Part shown: one piece after another, positions 30,621-35,205 of the stretch
How the letters are laid out: every line of letters begins with the position of its first letter
How positions within the stretch are numbered: the stretch's first letter is position 1
Origin: Candidatus Nomurabacteria bacterium
GTDB lineage: Bacteria; Patescibacteriota; Minisyncoccia; Phycocordibacterales; UBA9973
DNA: 35,205 nucleotides
Assembly (NCBI GenBank): GCA_943350065.1
Contig: CALQZZ010000001.1
Coordinates: 1-35,205 of the forward strand
Direction of reading: 5' to 3'
Translations under genes and position numbers: made by a program
The notes under the pieces: model-generated
Told to the model about the DNA's origin: nothing
The model's database searches: none
The model's input: only the letters and a program-made list of their open reading frames with translations

Positions 30621-33600
30621 ATGAAAAAAAATATTCTAAAAAGCTTAATAATTGTTTTAATTTTAGCTATTTTTATAGTACCGAGTTTTACTAAACATAA
30701 AATTGTTTTTGCAGCTGCTCCAATCATAACAACCGAAAATGCAACCAATGTCACGGCAAATAGCGCTACTATTAGTAGTAACATTTTAAACACTGATGGA
30801 GTTGAGACTAATATTAGTTTTATTTATAGTGAAGAACCTACTGCCACTGGTGGTCATGGTTCAGGAATGGGAACAGCAGATCCACAAGCACCTATCGCCC
30901 CTCCAACTTATATAGTATCAAAAGATTTAACAAATTTAGAACCATACACTACTTATTATTATAGATTTTTAGCTTTCAGTCCTCATGGGGGAAATCCTGG
31001 AACAATTAAAAGTTTTACAACCCTCAAAGGGGAACCTGTTGCTAGTACAGATGTTGCTACACCTAATTTAATCACTACAAATTCTGCAAGACTTAATGGA
31101 AGTATTCTCAACACTTCAGGAGAAATTCCTGACAGTGTTTCTTATGAACTAGGATACGATCCTCAGACGATAATAGATTATAATCATGGCTATGGCTACT
31201 CATCAAACCCCGTAGTTCTCTTAACTGGACATTATAATGGAACTAGTAGCAATGGTTTTATTGCCCCTCCTATTTACACAACCTATGCAGACACGACTGG
31301 TTTAACACCAAATACTATATACTATTTTAGATCATGTGTAACAATAGTCTTAACAATAAATTTCTCAATAAGTGGACATACTGGTTGTGGTGGTTTTAGT
31401 AAATTTATTACAGACACATCAACTGACCCAAATAGTGGTCATAATATCGGTGCCCCAGGAGGAATAGGAAACAATGGAAGTAATAATGGTAATGGATGGA
31501 ACACAGGTGGAGCCATCGGTACAAATACTAGTTCAAATATAAAAAATGTTAAGACATATAATGCCACAGACTTAACAGAAAATTCTACCAAGTTTAATGG
31601 TTCAGGAGATATTTTAAACAGTGAAAATCATTTTGCTTATTTTAGATATTCTAAAATTACCGACCATCCACCAATTTTCTGTAATGATATTTATGGTTCA
31701 GCAATGATGACTGCGACAGCCACAAATCCTAATGTAAATGGTTCTTTTTCTGGTGGTAATTTTTCAGCTGGAGTAAACGGGCTTGAACCTAATACTAGGT
31801 ATTATTATTGTGCTGTTGTCTCAAACAGTGCTCTTTCAAACAACCCTAGTGATCCTACTTATTTCCGACCAAGAAAATCAGATATTCAATATGGAGGTGT
31901 AAAATTTTTTGATACAAAATGTGGAAACACTTGTACAACAATAGTGACAAAACCAGCGACTGGAATAACTCCTACATCTGTTATTTTAAATGGTTCTTAT
32001 AATTCCACAAAAGATGTAAAAACATATTTAGAATACAAAATAGACCCTGTTATATATGTCTCACACGGTGGAACTGTTCCAGATCCGTATTTCCCAGATC
32101 ATTGGATAAAAGTAAACATTTTAGACCATAATACAAATACTGGTACTGTTTCTGGAAATATTCAAGGCTCAGTGACAGGTTTGTTACCAAATACCCCGTA
32201 TTTGTTCGAAGCTGTTGCTGAAACAAATTGGGGAACGACAACTACTCCAAATATACAAACATACACTGGAGATCTTATGAATTTCACTACTCGTCCACCA
32301 ACTTCAACTCCTAGTACCCCTACAGATCCAGGGACGACACAATATCAACCATCTACTGATTATAATTCTGATTATCAATACACCATCTGTCCAGATTTAA
32401 CAATATATAATATCTCAAGCAAAACTGTTCGTGCAGGAAATAATCTTTCTTTCGCTGCAAATTCTTGTGGATCAAATGGGGAGACCGTCACTTATACTCC
32501 TACAAATTTACCTACTGGATCAAACTTGAATACAAATGGTATTTTTACTTGGCCAGTACCAGCCAATCAAGCTGTCGGGTCTTATGATGTGATAATAAAC
32601 GCAAGTACTCCTAGCCAGAGTGCAGTACCTGTGACAGTACACATCAATGTAATAGCTTCAAATACTACTACAACTACAAGCTGTAATGATTTAACAATTA
32701 GCGAAATACCAGATCAACATTATACTGTGGGTCAACCTGGTAGCTTCTGGGCTAATGTTTGCGGAGATAGAGGAGTAACTGTCACTTATTCTAACGTTAA
32801 TTTACCAATAGGAGCTAGTATGACTGCTTCATCTGGATATTTTGTTTGGTTCCCAACAGAAGATCAAATAGGAGATACTGATTTATTAATCACAGCCACG
32901 ACAGGTAGCCAAACAGCAGCACCTATCACTGTACATGTCACTGTCTCTGCTGCTAACAATGGACCGACAGGTAACACTACTGTTACCCATACCACAATAA
33001 ACCCTTGTCCGGTTTTTAAATTAAATTCTATTTCAAACAAAACTGTTACAGTGGGAAGTTCTATTTCTTTTACAGCACATACTTGTGGAAATCAATCAAA
33101 GTCTGTAAATTATTTTATTACATCTGACTTAATGCCGACTGGTGCCACTATTGATCCGGCAACTGGTATATTTTCTTGGCATACAACTTCGAATCAATCT
33201 GGTACATACACAATCAAAGTACATGCTAGCGCAAATATTGGTAGTACAGATTTAATTACAGGAACCCAATCAGCAATAGAAGCCTCACCAGTCACTGTAA
33301 ACATTAAAGTAAATCCTAAACCAAAAAATTGTCCTACTTTAAAAATAAATCCGATTCAAAATGATTCTGCTTTTATAAATCAACCAGAAACTTTTTATGT
33401 AACTACTTGTGGAGAAGGGAATGCAGTAGTCGCTTTCTCTTCAACCAATTTACCAACAGGAGCTAGTATTGATCCACAAACTGGTTATTTTTCTTGGATT
33501 CCAACAGCAGCCCAAATTGGTTTACATAATATAATAATTTCAGCCAGTATTCCAAATAACCGAGCTGTTACAGATACTGTAGCTATTAACGTAAAAGATA

Positions 33601-34097
33601 TGAGTATCTTTACCTCTTCTAGCTCAGGTGGTACTTCTTTTGGAAATAGTAACTCAGGAAATGGAACTTTTGGAAATAGTGGTAATAGTAATAGTCCGAC
33701 AGTTCTAGGATCTCTAAATAATCCTGCTCCAGCCTTGGGTTCAGCATTAGTTCCTCCATATAGTGACGTCGTAAGATATCACGAAGGAATAGAGCACGTC
33801 TTTACTAGACAAATAGTAGGGGATATATCTCTCGCAAGAATTTATGGATATCAAGATGGACAAAATTTACAAATTTTTGCCGGAAACCTAGCCCACTCAT
33901 TTGCTACAATGTTTGGATATTATCATGGTGGGGGAAGAGAAATACGAGTCATTACTCCAGACATCGCAGCCTATCAGCTCGGACTCAAAGATGGAATGCT
34001 AGCTGTTTATGAATATTATGACAATCACTTGACCGGTGTCGCTACTGCCACAGGAAGCTTGAAAGAAACTTTTGAATACGAATATTATTTTCATTAA
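30621..34097 (+). CDS. surface adhesin-like protein: signal peptide, 4 Fn3-like modules, 4 Cys-paired Ig-like (He_PIG-type) repeats, C-terminal Tyr-rich domain
   Basis: Fn3-like modules end in TYYYRF / TIYYFRS / TRYYYCA / TPYLFEA. The four Ig-like repeats each carry C...C and NLPTGA(S/T).D..TG.FSW.P...Q.G. Pro/Thr and Gly/Ser/Asn linkers. Confidence 0.85.
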   Translation: MKKNILKSLIIVLILAIFIVPSFTKHKIVFAAAPIITTENATNVTANSATISSNILNTDGVETNISFIYSEEPTATGGHGSGMGTADPQAPIAPPTYIVSKDLTNLEPYTTYYYRFLAFSPHGGNPGTIKSFTTLKGEPVASTDVATPNLITTNSARLNGSILNTSGEIPDSVSYELGYDPQTIIDYNHGYGYSSNPVVLLTGHYNGTSSNGFIAPPIYTTYADTTGLTPNTIYYFRSCVTIVLTINFSISGHTGCGGFSKFITDTSTDPNSGHNIGAPGGIGNNGSNNGNGWNTGGAIGTNTSSNIKNVKTYNATDLTENSTKFNGSGDILNSENHFAYFRYSKITDHPPIFCNDIYGSAMMTATATNPNVNGSFSGGNFSAGVNGLEPNTRYYYCAVVSNSALSNNPSDPTYFRPRKSDIQYGGVKFFDTKCGNTCTTIVTKPATGITPTSVILNGSYNSTKDVKTYLEYKIDPVIYVSHGGTVPDPYFPDHWIKVNILDHNTNTGTVSGNIQGSVTGLLPNTPYLFEAVAETNWGTTTTPNIQTYTGDLMNFTTRPPTSTPSTPTDPGTTQYQPSTDYNSDYQYTICPDLTIYNISSKTVRAGNNLSFAANSCGSNGETVTYTPTNLPTGSNLNTNGIFTWPVPANQAVGSYDVIINASTPSQSAVPVTVHINVIASNTTTTTSCNDLTISEIPDQHYTVGQPGSFWANVCGDRGVTVTYSNVNLPIGASMTASSGYFVWFPTEDQIGDTDLLITATTGSQTAAPITVHVTVSAANNGPTGNTTVTHTTINPCPVFKLNSISNKTVTVGSSISFTAHTCGNQSKSVNYFITSDLMPTGATIDPATGIFSWHTTSNQSGTYTIKVHASANIGSTDLITGTQSAIEASPVTVNIKVNPKPKNCPTLKINPIQNDSAFINQPETFYVTTCGEGNAVVAFSSTNLPTGASIDPQTGYFSWIPTAAQIGLHNIIISASIPNNRAVTDTVAINVKDMSIFTSSSSGGTSFGNSNSGNGTFGNSGNSNSPTVLGSLNNPAPALGSALVPPYSDVVRYHEGIEHVFTRQIVGDISLARIYGYQDGQNLQIFAGNLAHSFATMFGYYHGGGREIRVITPDIAAYQLGLKDGMLAVYEYYDNHLTGVATATGSLKETFEYEYYFH
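32388..33600 (+). repeat. four tandem Ig-like (He_PIG-type) coding repeats of about 100 aa, each opening with Cys
   Basis: Repeat starts at TGT codons 32388, 32682, 33006 and 33330 (all in frame with 30621). Divergent at nucleotide level, conserved at motif level. Confidence 0.8.
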
Positions 34098-34192
34098 TTT
34101 CTTCCTCTCCTTAATAAGGAGAGGATTGAGGTGAGGTTCTTAATTCAATACACCTCATCCCAGCCTTCTCCTTGTAAAGGAGAAGGGGAATA
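34098..34192. repeat. GC-rich nested-palindrome repeat, copy 2 of the near-identical pair
   Basis: Same about 87 nt as 7546-7632, differing at G/A (caatGcacc vs caatAcacc) and CG/AG (cccGAcc vs cccAGcc). Starts right after the stop of the 1158-aa ORF. Confidence 0.92.
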
Positions 34193-34226
34193 AAATACAA
34201 AAAAATAGATATATCTAAAATAAACA

Positions 34227-34235
34227 TGATATAAT
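34227..34235 (+). promoter_or_regulatory. extended -10 TGaTATAAT, 14 nt before ATG 34250
   Basis: TGATATAAT-taaagtacttacgt-ATG. No Shine-Dalgarno in the short leader. Confidence 0.45.
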
Positions 34236-34249
34236 TAAAGTACTTACGT

Positions 34250-35205
34250 ATGAAAAAACTTTTTCCAAAAATAATAATATCAGTAGTAATGATAGCTATT
34301 TTCTTGGCACCTATTGCACCAAGTTTTCAAAATAAAAATAAAATAGTTTCAGTTAAAATAGAGCGAAATCTTGCTCTTGCAATCAATCCACCGAAAGCTG
34401 ATGGCTGGTATTTTTTATCTACAAACATTCTTGGAGTTGCAAGTTACAGCTCAGCGTTTCCTGATGCTACTTCATGTCGAGACGCTGCTCCAAGTGGGGT
34501 AGGATGTATTCATGTAACAAATGGTGTTGTATCTGGTGGTGAATCTGATAATGACCCTAATGCAGAATTTCAATGTAACGGATGGCCTTCTACTTGGTTT
34601 AGAGGTTGTATTGCTGAGCTTGTATATTATATGATTTTCAAACCAGTTTCTTTTTTAGCTGGTCTAGCAGCAGGTATTTTAGATTTCTTCATTTATTACT
34701 CGACAAATAGTAGCTCTTACTCAGCAGGCTTTGTCAGCACAGGGTGGGCGACAGTGAGAGATATAGCTAATATATTTTTTATTGTAGCTCTTTTATATGT
34801 AGCAATTCAAACCATCTTAGGATTAGGTTCACAAGGAAAAAAAATGATTTCGACGATTATTATCGTCGCCCTTTTAATAAATTTTTCTTTATTTTTTACT
34901 CAAGTAGTCATTGATAGTTCCAATATTCTAGCTAAAGTATTTTATAATCAAATAAAACCCGTAGGTGCCAATGGTCAACCAGTAAATGCTAGTGATCAAA
35001 AATCAATTACCGTTGGAATAGTTGATTCTTTCAAACCACAACAATTAATGACGGACTCTCAAAATGAACCAGGTAGACAATTTATTATTATTATTTTAAT
35101 GATAATAATGTCTGTTATAATGATTTATATTTTTATTTCTATTGCATTACTCTTTGTCGCACGAGTCGCAGGACTTTGGGTTGCAATGATCTTTTCACCA
35201 ATTGC
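34250..35205 (+). CDS. polytopic membrane protein, possibly TrbL/VirB6-like (3' end beyond window)
   Basis: Not in the ORF track (no stop). ATG 34250 is open to the window end (hand-translated MKKLFPKIIISVVMIAIFLAP...). Cys-containing extracytoplasmic N-domain, then at least 5 TM helices (WATVRDIANIFFIVALLYVAIQTILGLG etc.). The family assignment is a resemblance only. Confidence 0.65.
   Translation, partial: MKKLFPKIIISVVMIAIFLAPIAPSFQNKNKIVSVKIERNLALAINPPKADGWYFLSTNILGVASYSSAFPDATSCRDAAPSGVGCIHVTNGVVSGGESDNDPNAEFQCNGWPSTWFRGCIAELVYYMIFKPVSFLAGLAAGILDFFIYYSTNSSSYSAGFVSTGWATVRDIANIFFIVALLYVAIQTILGLGSQGKKMISTIIIVALLINFSLFFTQVVIDSSNILAKVFYNQIKPVGANGQPVNASDQKSITVGIVDSFKPQQLMTDSQNEPGRQFIIIILMIIMSVIMIYIFISIALLFVARVAGLWVAMIFSPI

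Noticed and set aside
30621-34097. Diversity-generating retroelement target (repeated Ig-like modules as VR/TR)
   Set aside because: There is no reverse transcriptase ORF in the window. No near-identical template/variable repeat pair with A-specific mismatches is present. The four repeats are old and divergent.
1-35205. Alternative genetic code (UGA read as Gly, as in Gracilibacteria/SR1), suggested by the near absence of TGA stops
   Set aside because: Long conserved genes (pnp 717 aa, uvrD, comM, xth, rsmA) are full length and motif-complete under the standard code, with no internal TGA. Recoding is therefore not needed. TGA avoidance is better explained by AT-rich TAA preference.

Overview
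This is an AT-rich 35.2 kb bacterial chromosomal fragment. By gene content and style it reads like a Patescibacteria/CPR (Parcubacteria-like) genome, but that assignment is an inference. Recognisable housekeeping genes are xth, a XerC/D-type recombinase, rpsO, a NYN/LabA-like protein, pnp, a DksA/TraR zinc finger, comM/yifB, a LysM-M23 peptidase, uvrD/pcrA and rsmA/ksgA. There are also two TrmB-type regulators and one RAYT/IS200-like HUH transposase bracketed by inverted REP-like hairpins. A 1589-aa membrane protein carries a DHH-like motif. A tightly packed operon encodes signal-peptide proteins of 123, 325, 977 and 1158 aa; the last has 4 Fn3-like and 4 Cys-paired Ig-like repeats. It is followed by a polytopic, possibly TrbL/VirB6-like, membrane protein that runs off the window. 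The genetic code is standard and stops are almost all TAA or TAG. I found no rRNA, tRNA or CRISPR array. Four observations stand out. (1) A roughly 2 kb ORF-poor, visibly GC-richer locus (2784-4800) holds two tandem cassette-like units. Each has a shared 52-nt 5' stem-loop, an unrelated small ORF, an ORF-free hairpin-dense segment and a shared 3' double hairpin with compensatory changes. These are candidate unclassified structured RNAs. (2) A family of GC-rich nested-palindrome repeats (CTCCCCTT-loop-AAGGGGAG type) sits in intergenic spacers and also in frame inside rsmA (3 sites) and comM (1 site), resembling Rickettsia RPE elements. Two 87-nt copies 27 kb apart are nearly identical. (3) TGnTAnnAT-type -10 boxes lie 6-8 nt upstream of at least 11 start codons with no Shine-Dalgarno, implying mostly leaderless first genes. 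(4) The secreted-protein operon and the giant DHH/TM protein have no confident homology that I can assign.
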